64,000 nt of DNA from Planctomycetota bacterium (lineage in GTDB: Bacteria; Planctomycetota; UBA8108; UBA1146; JAJFFE01). Positions 18,973 through 28,660 of the stretch are shown here, piece after piece. A model generated the notes under the pieces. It was not told where the DNA came from. It did no database searches and was given only the letters and a program-made list of their open reading frames with translations. Within the stretch, counting starts at the first letter, position 1, and each line of letters opens with the position of its first letter. The translations under genes were made by a program, and so were the position numbers. Where the stretch lies: assembly GCA_021776775.1 (NCBI GenBank), contig JAJFFE010000303.1, positions 10,342 through 74,341 of the forward strand, given 5' to 3'.

Positions 18973-21900
18973 TCACCCCGCGCCGGCCGTCGCGCACTTC
19001 TTCAGTAGCTTCTTGCCGCGCTTCTCGAGCTTCTTGCCGCCGAGTTCGAGCCCCTTGCCGTACTCGCGGATCGCGGCGGCGATGTCGCCGGAACCGATGG
19101 CGGCTTGGTCGGCGATGAACTCTCCGAACGCTTGCACGAGGACGCCGAGTCCGGTCAGGGTGCCGCCGGCGATGCAGGTGCTCACCAGGACATACTGTAT
19201 GGCGACGGTCTCGCCCGATGGGTCGCTGAATACCCCGGGGTTGTTGCGACCGAAGTCGTAGCCGAACGGGTTGCGGAGGTCTTCGGCGAGGAATCGGCCG
19301 AGTCCCGGTTCGTAGTAGCGGGCGCGGAAGTAGCCGAGACCGGTCAACGCGTCGAACTCGCGAGCGTTGAAACGAAGATCGTTGTCGAACCCAGGGTTCG
19401 ACTCTTCGAGCGTGGTGCCGAAGCTGTCGTACACGTAGTGGTTGAGCACTGCGCCGTCGTCACCCACCACGTCACGAACGGTGCCGACTGCGTCCAAGAG
19501 GAACCAACGCGTCGTGCCCGCGTTCTCACTGGCGAGGACGCCGTCCACCGAACGTGAGTACAGCCGGCGGTCGCGCACGGTTAGCGTCTCGTCGATGACG
19601 AGGATCGGGTTGCGATCGTCGTAGATGTAGTGGCGCTCTTCCGTACCCGTGACCTTGGCAATGCGATGATTCAGCGCGTCGTATACATAAGCCTCGGAGT
19701 CGAGCACGGTCTTGGCAGAGTCGCGGAGTTCGACGTGGATCATGCGCGAGCGGTGGTCGTACGTGAAGTAAAGGGAGTCACCGGTCGACTTCTCTTCGCG
19801 ACGAGAGACGTTGCCTTCGCCGTCGTACTCGTAGAGGTAGGTGTCGTCTTCGAGGAGACGGCTGCCGTCGTACGAGTACGAGCTGCTCAAGTGGCTGGCC
19901 AGCCGATTGCCGGCCGAGTCGTAGCTGTACCATTCGTCATCTTGAACACCGCCCGTCGGGTGAATGGCGCTCAGGAGGCGATTCAGTCCGTCGTACGCGT
20001 ACTCGTGCAGACCCTCGGCGTCGGCGAGAGTGAGGATGTTTCCGAGAGCGTCGCGCCCGTAGGCAAGTGTGCTCACGACGGTTCCGTCTGACACGCGACT
20101 GTTCACGATATCCGAGATGCTTTGCTGGCAGCTACCGCACTGGTAGTCGAAGGTCGAGTCGACCACTCCAAGCGTGCCGGCGAGGTCGCTCGAGCGCAGG
20201 ACGGTGCGCAGGAGATCCGCCGCGTCGTACTCGAAGTCGACGCGCTTTTCGTTGATCGTTCCGGCGACCGCCTTCGGCGACAGTTCTTGGGTGGCGGTCG
20301 CGAGCCGGTCGAGGGCGTCGTACTGGTAGGTGGTCAATCCGTCGAACGAGTCGAGGACGTGCGTCAAGTTGCCCGTTCCATCGTAACCGGGTTGCAGCGT
20401 GCCGAGGCCATCGGTGTAGCCGTAGGTCACCACCGACTTGGGTCCAGAGTTCGGGATGGTCGTGACGCTCCGAAGTCGACCTGTGTCCCAGAACTCGTAT
20501 TGAGTTTCCGCGTTCGGTCCTTCGGTCGAGAGCAACTGACCGGCGGCCGTGTACGCGAAGGTGATGACCGTCGGTGGCACTGTGTCCCACGTCTCGGTGA
20601 TCACCCGACCCAACTCGTCGTAGGTGAAGTCTGCCCGGTTGCCGTTGCGGTCGATCCGGAACAGCAAGCGCCCGGCGGTGTCGTACTCGACCACGTTGGC
20701 GAAACCGTACGGGTCGACGTAGCCGGTCAGGCTTCCCAGGGCGTCGTAGTTGAACAGCCAGTGTGCCGCGTCGGTGTCTCCGGGGAACAACACGTCGCTC
20801 AACTTGCCGAACTTGTTGTCGTAACGAAGCTCGGTGGTGCCGTTGAGAGAGTTGTGAATGAAGAGCAGCTGGCAGTCATCATTGTACTCGCGGGTTTCGA
20901 CGTTGCCCTGCGGATCGGTCGTCATCACCACCTCGTTACACTCGTTGTACGTGTAGTAGGTGGTTCCGATGTCATCGGTTCGCGCAAGCAGGTTCCCGCT
21001 CTCGTCGAACGCTCGCGTGACCAGCGAACCGTCCGCATAGAGGGTTTCGATCTCGTTTCCATCTTCGTCGTAGGTGAGTTCCGTATCGACGAAGTTGCCG
21101 AGGTCGGCGGGATTGTCGAGGTAGCGGCGTTCGCGCACCACATTGCCGAGCGGATCGATCCACAGATCGACGCGGTAGCCTCGACCATTGACGATGGTCT
21201 GGAACTCGAGCGTCGGGTCGAGCGCGAACTCCGTGCAGCCGGGACCGGCCGGCGTGTCGAGATCTCCGTCGATGGTGGCGGGATCTCCAGTAGCGTCGCA
21301 CTGACCGATCATTCGACCGTCGTCGTCGAACACCGTGCGGATGGTCGGCCGCCCCAGCGGGTCTTCGATGCGCGTCAGGTAGTGACCGAACAGTGGGTTC
21401 TCGTAGTAGAAGGTCGTGGTTTCATCCGCGGCGTTGTTAAACGCGGTCAAGTTGCCGGTGGCATCGTACTGGTAGGTGGCCTCGCGCGCCGGAACGCGGT
21501 CGAGCGGATCGGGGTCTGGTTCGCTGATCCGCGTGATGCGGCCGTCGGAGTCGCGATCGAACAAGAGCGCTACCCCGGTCGGTGCGCCGCCGGGAGCGAA
21601 CTGCGTGAGCCCCGAAGGGGAGACCTCGATGCGGTTGCCGACGGTGTCCTCGACTTCGATCAAACCGTCGAACTCGTCGATCACGTATTTCACGCCTTCT
21701 TTTGTCGTGAGTCGGAAGCGATCTGGGTTGAAGGGAACCAGGGGGAACGTTGGGTACACGAGCGTCGGCGGAATGATCGGCAAGAACGAGAGCGTGAAGA
21801 TCAGGTCATCGATCGCTTCGAGCGTATCGGTCACCCCCGGGTCGGGTTCGAAGTACGGGATACGGCCAAAGCCCATGGGTAGGCTGACCGGCAAGAAGGT

Positions 21901-24900
21901 GAAGCCGACGCGCTGGCCGTCGGGGCGGGTGACCGTGACCCTCGTCCCGGCGTTGTACGTTTCGGTATAGATCAGATCGATGAACGCCGATCCCGTCATG
22001 GACTCGAACGTCGAATCCGTGGCCGCGCCCGGAAGACCGAGTCGCCAGCCCGCGCCGAAGTCACCGGGGGTGGTGTCGAGCGAGTCGTACACGCGCTCGA
22101 CGATGAGCGACAGTCCCCCGACCGGCAACTCGTAGTCGGTAAACCCGACCCTGAAGTTGCCCAGCTTGTTGGGACTCGAGACGCCGAGTTGGAACTCAAT
22201 GCCGCCGCTGTTACCCGCGCCGATCGAGCCGCCGTCGAAGGCGAGGATCTGGATGACATACGTGTCGTTCGGCAGCAGGGTCGGGTCCAACGTGGCGACG
22301 ACGTCGTCACTCACGCCGCCCACGCCCGTTGCGAAAGGTACGTAGGTTTCGGTGTCGTACCGGCGATAGCTCACCTGCCACGCCAGGTTGTCAGGGTTGT
22401 CGTCCGAGATTGACGCGACGATGTCTGTCAGCGTCGACACCACGGTGAGCGGGGTGGGAGCCGCGAGTGTCACCAGCGGCAGCGTGTCGTCGAAGGTCAC
22501 CGTCAACGTGCTCGCGGCAACTCCGGTATTGCCGCTGGCATCCGTGGCGGTCGCTTCCACCGCAAACGTTCCATCGACGCCGGCCGTGAACGCGGTACGG
22601 AAGAACGAGTCGAGCGTCTGCTCGATACCGCCCACCGTCAGAGTGCGGGCCACAACAGTCGTTTCGTCGCTCGCCTGCACGGTGATCTGAACGGGCTGTC
22701 CAAGCGGGGCAACGTCTCCCGGATCGAAGCTGATGAACACTTCCGGTGGTGTTGTGTCCTCGCCGACGTCAACGGCGATATCCTGCGTGGTGACTCCGGT
22801 CCGCTGGTCGTCGACTCGGACTCGTGCGGTGAAGCTACCGATCTGGCTCGTGGTGGGCAGCCAGGTGATCAACCCGAACAACGGGTGGATCGACATGCCG
22901 GCCGGCGCTTCTTCGAGACTGTAGCTAAGCAGATCACCGTCGATGTCTTCCGCTTCGACCAGGTAGCTGTAGCTGTCACCGGCCAGGACTTCCGGATTCG
23001 GGTCGAGCGCGGGCGGCACTGATGTGATGACCGGCGGCGTGTTGCTCGCGAAGACGGTCACTTGGAAGACTTGGTTGCCGATTCCGCCCAGTCCGTCTAC
23101 GGCTCGCACGGCAAGCGTCGTAGAGCCTGCCGTCGTCGGCGTCCAGCTCAATACGCCACTCGCGGCGCCGACAGTGACGCCGACCGGGGTCGGCGGGGTC
23201 ACCAGTTCGTAGTTAACGACATCGCCATCGGGGTCGAGCGCTTGGACCGAGTAGTCGTAGGGGAGTCCGACCACCGCCACGAGGCTCGGTGTCGACGTGA
23301 TGATCGGCGGCAGATTGGCTGCCGTCGTGACCACTTCGATGGTCCAGCTCTGCGTGGTCGACGCGCCGGCACTATCGGAGATCACCATCTCGACGGCGTG
23401 GGGGCCGACCTGATCGATGGTCGGGATCCAACTGATGAGAGCGGTCTCTAAGTTGATGCTCATGCCCGCGGGGGCGATGCCGAGCGTTGCCGTCAGCGTC
23501 TCGCCGGGGTCGGGTTGCGATAGGATCGGTTGGTACGTGTACAGGTCGTTGACCACGGCCACGGTGGACGGAGAGCCGAACACCGCGGGTGCAGTCGGAT
23601 TCAACGACACGGCTCCGACCGAGAGCAACCAAGTCTGCGTGGAGGTCGCGCCGTCGGGATCACGAACCTCGAGAGTTACGAGCGGCGCCGGCGGGGCGGC
23701 GAACGGCCACTCGACCTGTCCGCTCACCGGGTTCACGGTCATCCCGGCCGGCCCTTGCAGCAGAGCGAACGTCAGCGGATCGCCGTCGGGGTCTATGGCA
23801 GCGGCGTCGTAGCTGTACGCCGCGCCGGTTGCGATCTGGGTGCTCGGCGCGGTCGTGAAGTACGGCGCCGAGTTCGAAGCCTCGGCGGCCACGGTCAACG
23901 CGAACGCTTGCACCGTGCTCGCCCCCGCCGTGTCGGAGGCGCGAAGACGCACCGAGTGCAGTCCGACGTCAGCCAACGTCGGGCTCCACGTCACTAGCCC
24001 ATCGGTAGCGACGGTCATGCCGACTGGACCTTCGTCGATGCCGTAGGTGACGAGCGTTCCCTCGGGATCGACCGCGCTGGCCGCGTACTGGTACGCGGTA
24101 TCGGCGACGGCCGTAGTTACGGGAACGCTGGCGAAGAGTGGCGCATCATTGTCCGGCACCATCCACCGCACCTGGTAGTTCACGGCGACTTGATCAGGGT
24201 TGTCGAACACCAAGACCTTCGGATCGGAGCAGTCGCCCGGCGCGAGAGGGCTGTCGCTCTCGAAGAAGTAGTACGGCTCTTCGGCCGGCGTGAAGCCGTC
24301 GGGCTGTGCCGGCGAAACGCTCGGATGGCTGAACGACTCGATGACCATTAGAACCGGCGTCGACAGCGTGAAACTCGGCGAAACGTTGCACGCGCGCGCC
24401 GTGACGAGGAGCTGCGACGTGATCGGGTTGAACGTGGTGTGCATGTAGGTCGCGTCCAACAGCGAGCCCGCTTCGACGAACTGCTCGTACACCAAGGCTT
24501 CGGCGGGAAGGCCTTCTATCTCGAAGATCGATTCCGCGCCGCATGCGGTGTCGTAGACGTCAACCCGGAACGAGTTGGGGCCGAGCTCGATGGGAACGGA
24601 CTTGAAGAAGCGACCGGTAGCGTCGATGGCGTCGACCGGCGCACCGTTGATCGAGACTGCCACGATCGGCCGATCGTCACTCACCGGTATCGCGCGGCCG
24701 GTCACCGTGACCGTGCTGCCCGCGGCGATCGCGCTCTCGGGCGCCACGTCGGCGATGGTCGGCGAAGCGCCGTCCGGGCACGGCGGCCCGAACACACTTC
24801 GGCTCAGGATCAAGAGCGCGAACGACGTCTCGAGAGTCGGCGAAACCCAGCCGCCCGTACCGCCGTCCCAGTAGCCGCGCGTCGAAGCGGTGCTGCCGGT

Positions 24901-26709
24901 GAGTATCTGGTTACGGAGGATGAACGGGATGTACCCTTCGCGGGGGTGATCTTCTCCGGCCAACTCGCCGGTCGTCGGATCAAGGATTTCACCGGTCTCC
25001 CAATCGAAGAGCACCGGGTCGGCGAGGCCGGCGGGGTCCGGGTACGGCGTGTCGTTGATGAGATCGACAGTCTCGTCGTCCGAGAGTCCAGCCGCGATCG
25101 CGGTGAGCCGCAGTGCACGGGCGACGGTCCACATGACGTAGTAGTTGCCGCGGTTTCCGCGACAGTAGCTACCGAGCGGCTGGGCATCCCACTGGTCGCC
25201 GATGTACCCGATGCACGTGGCGCGGCGCGTGTCGATGTCCTCGAGGCTACCCAGAGTGGTGAGAACGTCACCGGGTTGCACGAACGGGCCGGCCGTCTCG
25301 ACCAGAGCGAGCGCCGAAAGTCCACCGCCGGTGGTGGCCAGCGCGGCGGCGCCGGGAGCACAGGCGAAGGTCCCGGTGTAGCCGAACATGCCAGACGAGT
25401 AGTGATTGGCCAGCGTGTGCTCGATCTCTTGCTTCATCCAATCGGGGACCGTAACCCCGAAGTTGACTTGCGCGCCTTCAAGAGCAAGGTAAGCCCAGCT
25501 GTTGATCGACATGTCGCTCGAAGCATGGGTGTAGGCTGCTTGGTAGGCCCATCCGCCGCGGCCGCCCCAGCTGGTCGTGCCGCCTTGGCTCATCGTGTGA
25601 CCGAGATAGTCGATCGCGTCTTCGATGACTTCACGGTAGGTCATGCCGGCGGCGGCCCCGACCTGCACCACGCGGTTGGGAGCACCGCTGGCGAGCACTG
25701 CGGCCATGGCGATGGGGTGCACGTAGCCGCGTAGCGTGGACGTGGCGTCGAAGGCGATGACCTTACCGTTGTCGTTCATGTCGGCGACGTCGTCGGCAGT
25801 GGCGCCTCGAGCGATGTCGGCTCGCGGGGCTATGAGGTCGGCCGGGTCCTCCAGCACGGCCAGGTTTGCGAACAAGTAGTCGAGTCCGCGTTGCACCCGC
25901 GATGCATAGACGTCTAAAGCGGGATCGTTCGTGGGCAAGTGTCCTTGGTTCTGCATGGCCCACAGCGCGAAGGCGGTTGCCGCCGTGTCGCTGGCGGCAC
26001 TAGTCATGCCGGAGTCGAACACACCAGAGTCGGCGTCTTGCTTGGCGGCGAGGTAGAGCAACCCCTCGTCGGTGGCGATCTCTGAATCGACCTGCAAGTC
26101 GGCGATCGAAGGGAAACCGAGATTCTGTCGCGGAACGATCTCGATCTCGATCATCTTCGAATCGGACCCAAAGCCGGGCACATCGACCGACAGCGTTGCC
26201 TGGATGATCTGCGAGTCCACACCCGGTGTGAGGCTGAAGGAGACTTCTTCGGTGATCGACCGGTTGTCGACGATCGGACCGGCGAGCGCGCCGTCGCTGT
26301 TGACGGTGACTTCGGGGTTGGGACTGAAGCTCCACTCGTAGGTCGCGTCGGCGTTCGAGAACGCGGCGAGGCCGTCGTTGACCGATCCCCACACGAGGAG
26401 GGACTCATCGGGGCGGGCTTTGCGGCGCTGGTCCGGATTTACGCGCGGGGGGCTCGGGTAGCCCGGCATGATGGCCAAGCAAACGCCATCGCACTGTGTC
26501 GTGATGAAGCTGACCTCGCGTGACACTGCTTCGTTGCCCGGGGCGAGTTCAAGGTCCACGAAGAAGCTGATCTCGCGAGAGACCGCTTCGTTCACGCCGG
26601 TAGGTTGGAGGTCGTTGAAGAAGCTGACCTCGCGCGACACGGCGTCATCTTGGGCGTAAGCCCCGGCCAGAGGAAGGAGTGTCGCTAGCGCGCACGCGGC
26701 GAACAACAT
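18973..26709 (-). CDS. Sec-signal RHS/YD-repeat polymorphic toxin with prenyltransferase-like alpha/alpha-toroid, Ig/cadherin-like (He_PIG-like) repeats and a short hydrophobic C-terminal tip
   Basis: ATG 26709 (MLFAACALATLLPLAGAYAQDD) gives 2578 aa. Contains terpene-cyclase/prenyltransferase-like repeats (..GGWAYQAAY..SINSWAYLALEGA..) and 5-6 units of ..DPDGD.L.Y.L..GP.GM.. Many YD repeats follow (..YDALG.., ..YDELGR..). The RHS core end is ..YFRARYYEPGLGRFLAED..NNPGVFSDPSGE. Confidence 0.9.
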   Translation of the reverse strand: MLFAACALATLLPLAGAYAQDDAVSREVSFFNDLQPTGVNEAVSREISFFVDLELAPGNEAVSREVSFITTQCDGVCLAIMPGYPSPPRVNPDQRRKARPDESLLVWGSVNDGLAAFSNADATYEWSFSPNPEVTVNSDGALAGPIVDNRSITEEVSFSLTPGVDSQIIQATLSVDVPGFGSDSKMIEIEIVPRQNLGFPSIADLQVDSEIATDEGLLYLAAKQDADSGVFDSGMTSAASDTAATAFALWAMQNQGHLPTNDPALDVYASRVQRGLDYLFANLAVLEDPADLIAPRADIARGATADDVADMNDNGKVIAFDATSTLRGYVHPIAMAAVLASGAPNRVVQVGAAAGMTYREVIEDAIDYLGHTMSQGGTTSWGGRGGWAYQAAYTHASSDMSINSWAYLALEGAQVNFGVTVPDWMKQEIEHTLANHYSSGMFGYTGTFACAPGAAALATTGGGLSALALVETAGPFVQPGDVLTTLGSLEDIDTRRATCIGYIGDQWDAQPLGSYCRGNRGNYYVMWTVARALRLTAIAAGLSDDETVDLINDTPYPDPAGLADPVLFDWETGEILDPTTGELAGEDHPREGYIPFILRNQILTGSTASTRGYWDGGTGGWVSPTLETSFALLILSRSVFGPPCPDGASPTIADVAPESAIAAGSTVTVTGRAIPVSDDRPIVAVSINGAPVDAIDATGRFFKSVPIELGPNSFRVDVYDTACGAESIFEIEGLPAEALVYEQFVEAGSLLDATYMHTTFNPITSQLLVTARACNVSPSFTLSTPVLMVIESFSHPSVSPAQPDGFTPAEEPYYFFESDSPLAPGDCSDPKVLVFDNPDQVAVNYQVRWMVPDNDAPLFASVPVTTAVADTAYQYAASAVDPEGTLVTYGIDEGPVGMTVATDGLVTWSPTLADVGLHSVRLRASDTAGASTVQAFALTVAAEASNSAPYFTTAPSTQIATGAAYSYDAAAIDPDGDPLTFALLQGPAGMTVNPVSGQVEWPFAAPPAPLVTLEVRDPDGATSTQTWLLSVGAVSLNPTAPAVFGSPSTVAVVNDLYTYQPILSQPDPGETLTATLGIAPAGMSINLETALISWIPTIDQVGPHAVEMVISDSAGASTTQSWTIEVVTTAANLPPIITSTPSLVAVVGLPYDYSVQALDPDGDVVNYELVTPPTPVGVTVGAASGVLSWTPTTAGSTTLAVRAVDGLGGIGNQVFQVTVFASNTPPVITSVPPALDPNPEVLAGDSYSYLVEAEDIDGDLLSYSLEEAPAGMSIHPLFGLITWLPTTSQIGSFTARVRVDDQRTGVTTQDIAVDVGEDTTPPEVFISFDPGDVAPLGQPVQITVQASDETTVVARTLTVGGIEQTLDSFFRTAFTAGVDGTFAVEATATDASGNTGVAASTLTVTFDDTLPLVTLAAPTPLTVVSTLTDIVASISDDNPDNLAWQVSYRRYDTETYVPFATGVGGVSDDVVATLDPTLLPNDTYVIQILAFDGGSIGAGNSGGIEFQLGVSSPNKLGNFRVGFTDYELPVGGLSLIVERVYDSLDTTPGDFGAGWRLGLPGAATDSTFESMTGSAFIDLIYTETYNAGTRVTVTRPDGQRVGFTFLPVSLPMGFGRIPYFEPDPGVTDTLEAIDDLIFTLSFLPIIPPTLVYPTFPLVPFNPDRFRLTTKEGVKYVIDEFDGLIEVEDTVGNRIEVSPSGLTQFAPGGAPTGVALLFDRDSDGRITRISEPDPDPLDRVPAREATYQYDATGNLTAFNNAADETTTFYYENPLFGHYLTRIEDPLGRPTIRTVFDDDGRMIGQCDATGDPATIDGDLDTPAGPGCTEFALDPTLEFQTIVNGRGYRVDLWIDPLGNVVRERRYLDNPADLGNFVDTELTYDEDGNEIETLYADGSLVTRAFDESGNLLARTDDIGTTYYTYNECNEVVMTTDPQGNVETREYNDDCQLLFIHNSLNGTTELRYDNKFGKLSDVLFPGDTDAAHWLFNYDALGSLTGYVDPYGFANVVEYDTAGRLLFRIDRNGNRADFTYDELGRVITETWDTVPPTVITFAYTAAGQLLSTEGPNAETQYEFWDTGRLRSVTTIPNSGPKSVVTYGYTDGLGTLQPGYDGTGNLTHVLDSFDGLTTYQYDALDRLATATQELSPKAVAGTINEKRVDFEYDAADLLRTVLRSSDLAGTLGVVDSTFDYQCGSCQQSISDIVNSRVSDGTVVSTLAYGRDALGNILTLADAEGLHEYAYDGLNRLLSAIHPTGGVQDDEWYSYDSAGNRLASHLSSSYSYDGSRLLEDDTYLYEYDGEGNVSRREEKSTGDSLYFTYDHRSRMIHVELRDSAKTVLDSEAYVYDALNHRIAKVTGTEERHYIYDDRNPILVIDETLTVRDRRLYSRSVDGVLASENAGTTRWFLLDAVGTVRDVVGDDGAVLNHYVYDSFGTTLEESNPGFDNDLRFNAREFDALTGLGYFRARYYEPGLGRFLAEDLRNPFGYDFGRNNPGVFSDPSGETVAIQYVLVSTCIAGGTLTGLGVLVQAFGEFIADQAAIGSGDIAAAIREYGKGLELGGKKLEKRGKKLLKKCATAGAG
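26506..26646 (-). repeat. Three 57-bp-spaced repeats encoding (N)EAVSRE(V/I)SF at the mature N-terminus of the RHS protein
   Basis: Plus-strand units are GAAGCTGACCTCGCGTGACACTGCTTCGTT (26506), GAAGCTGATCTCGCGAGAGACCGCTTCGTT (26563) and GAAGCTGACCTCGCGCGACACGGCGTC (26620). Confidence 0.8.
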
Positions 26710-26902
26710 GCCCTTTCGGGCAAGACGCTGGCCCCTTCTTAGGCATAGGGCGAGTAACAGGGCCGGTCGACCATGGATTCCGGACAGCACGACAACCTCC
26801 GCGTACTTTCGAGCGTTGGGTTTCGAAGATCGGCCGAGAGACTCAGGCAGCGGCCCGGCCGATCGCGAGCGAGATCCGATCGCAAGTGCGATGAAGGCGC
26901 GG

Positions 26903-28171
26903 TTACGGTTGCACTATCTTGGCTTGGATCACGCCGATCACTTGACCGGGCGTGAACGACTCGGAGATCCAGTTGATGATCGGCCCGGTCTGGCCCGGCG
27001 GGTCCTGGGTCGCAGTGAGGATGAGATCACTCCCGATCCTCCGCGTGACGCGCACCGTGACCGTGGCGCCTGGATCGGCGTTGGTGGTCTGCACGGTGAT
27101 CTGTAGGTCGGTGAGCCCGACGACCGTGACGTCCGGTACTCCCGTGCCGGCCGACGGATCGAGCGGTGAGGGCAGGCCGTTGATCCCGGTGACCGTCACC
27201 TTAGGATCCGTACTCGCCGGGAAGACGAGGGCCGGGTTGTCCGGCGTCTGCGGACCGTTGGCCGGGAAGCTGCTCCACGTGTGGCTCGCTGTGTACGATT
27301 CGATTCGCACGCGACCCAAACCACCGACGGCGGTACCGAACAGATCGATGCCACCGGTGGTGTCGATGACGCCGTTGCCGGCGGTGGTGGTTGCGACGAG
27401 ACGGACTGCTCCGCCAGCTCCGCCACCTCCGCTCAGGCTGGTATCACCCCCGCGCGCTCGGATCGTCCCGTTCACCGTGATGGTGCCTTGCGCAATGATC
27501 AGAATCGCGCCGCCTCCGCCGCCGCCATTACTGCGCGAAGCGTTCGCAGAGCCAGCGCCGCCGGACCCCCCGATGAGCGGAACGATCTGCGCGTTCCCGT
27601 AAGTCGTCGGCGTGTACGAAACCGTGGTGGGCAAGGATCCAGACGTGCCGTAGCTGCCGCCCGCTCCGGTGGCGCTGCCGTCGGTGTTGGTCGGACCGCC
27701 GCCCGGTCCGTAACCGGCGCCCGGCGCGAGCGGGGGACCCACGTTTCGAATACCTCCGCGGAAGCCCCCTGGACCCGCCACGGTTGGCGCCATCATTCCA
27801 TTGCCGCCGAACTCACCGTCGACGTTAACAATGCCGTCGATGGCCACGTCACCATCGACCAGCCAGATGACGGGCGGGTTCTTCGGGTGGTTGACGAACG
27901 TCACTTCGGTTCCGGCCGGAACGTTGACGGAGCTGTACTTGAAGACTATCGCCCACTGTTCGGGATCGTAGACGCCGTTACCCGAGACCGAGACCGAGTC
28001 CCAGTCGCCCGTCGTGGCCAGCCCCAAGTCGACGACCGGGTTGGCGACGAAGTCGCGCACGCCGTCCGTGTAGCTCGGGCTACCGGGAATCACGACGGGC
28101 TGAGCCCAGGCGGACTCCGAAGTCCAAACGCAGGTCACGAGCAACGAACACATTAGGGTGCGCAACAACAT
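26903..28171 (-). CDS. Secreted glycine-rich beta-helix-like protein, immediately upstream of and co-oriented with the RHS gene
   Basis: ATG 28171 is preceded by GGAGAG. Signal peptide MLLRTLMCSLLVTCVWTSESAWAQP. The central part reads ..GGSGGAGSANASRSNGGGGGGAILIIAQGTITVNGTIRARGGDTSLSGGGGAGGAVRLVA.. The C-terminal segment is Ig-like. Confidence 0.7.
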   Translation of the reverse strand: MLLRTLMCSLLVTCVWTSESAWAQPVVIPGSPSYTDGVRDFVANPVVDLGLATTGDWDSVSVSGNGVYDPEQWAIVFKYSSVNVPAGTEVTFVNHPKNPPVIWLVDGDVAIDGIVNVDGEFGGNGMMAPTVAGPGGFRGGIRNVGPPLAPGAGYGPGGGPTNTDGSATGAGGSYGTSGSLPTTVSYTPTTYGNAQIVPLIGGSGGAGSANASRSNGGGGGGAILIIAQGTITVNGTIRARGGDTSLSGGGGAGGAVRLVATTTAGNGVIDTTGGIDLFGTAVGGLGRVRIESYTASHTWSSFPANGPQTPDNPALVFPASTDPKVTVTGINGLPSPLDPSAGTGVPDVTVVGLTDLQITVQTTNADPGATVTVRVTRRIGSDLILTATQDPPGQTGPIINWISESFTPGQVIGVIQAKIVQP

Positions 28172-28660
28172 CGAACTCTCCTCGATCGAGTGCTTGGGCG
28201 TCAAACTCAGGAGTGACCTAGGTTTGGCGCGAGCATTGAGTCGGGGTAGCGGACACGGTGCGGCCGACGCCCCCGGAACGTCACAAGGGCCGCGTACTCT
28301 CAAACCCGGCCTTTCGGCGAGCTGTGACACGCTTTCTCAGTTTTTGGGAATTCAGCCGATGTAGAGCTCAACGCGAGCCCTTGGCGGCAAGAGCCAAGCC
28401 GACAATGTTACCGGTTAGGTGAGATCTGTCGCTGTTTCGGTGGTCAGCGCCTGATGGGGACCGGTTCATCCCCAACCGACTGAAGTTCGATCCGCGCGAC
28501 GATCCGGGAGTCTTCATCCCCACTACCCGCTACTGTCCGGTGATCGAACGTCAAAGCCGCCGGCAGGCTGACGTGTTGATGGCCCTCGCACGCACTCCTT
28601 GTCTCCGGCGCAGCATCCACCGATACTCCCGTTTTCCGTTCGGTCTCCGGCCAGTCTCTC

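Noticed and set aside
20122-25734. 586-aa (20122..21882) and 431-aa (24439..25734) plus-strand ORFs inside the RHS gene
   Set aside because: They are antisense to a continuous 2578-aa RHS reading frame with clear YD repeats. They have no start context and are Arg/Val/Gly-rich noise.
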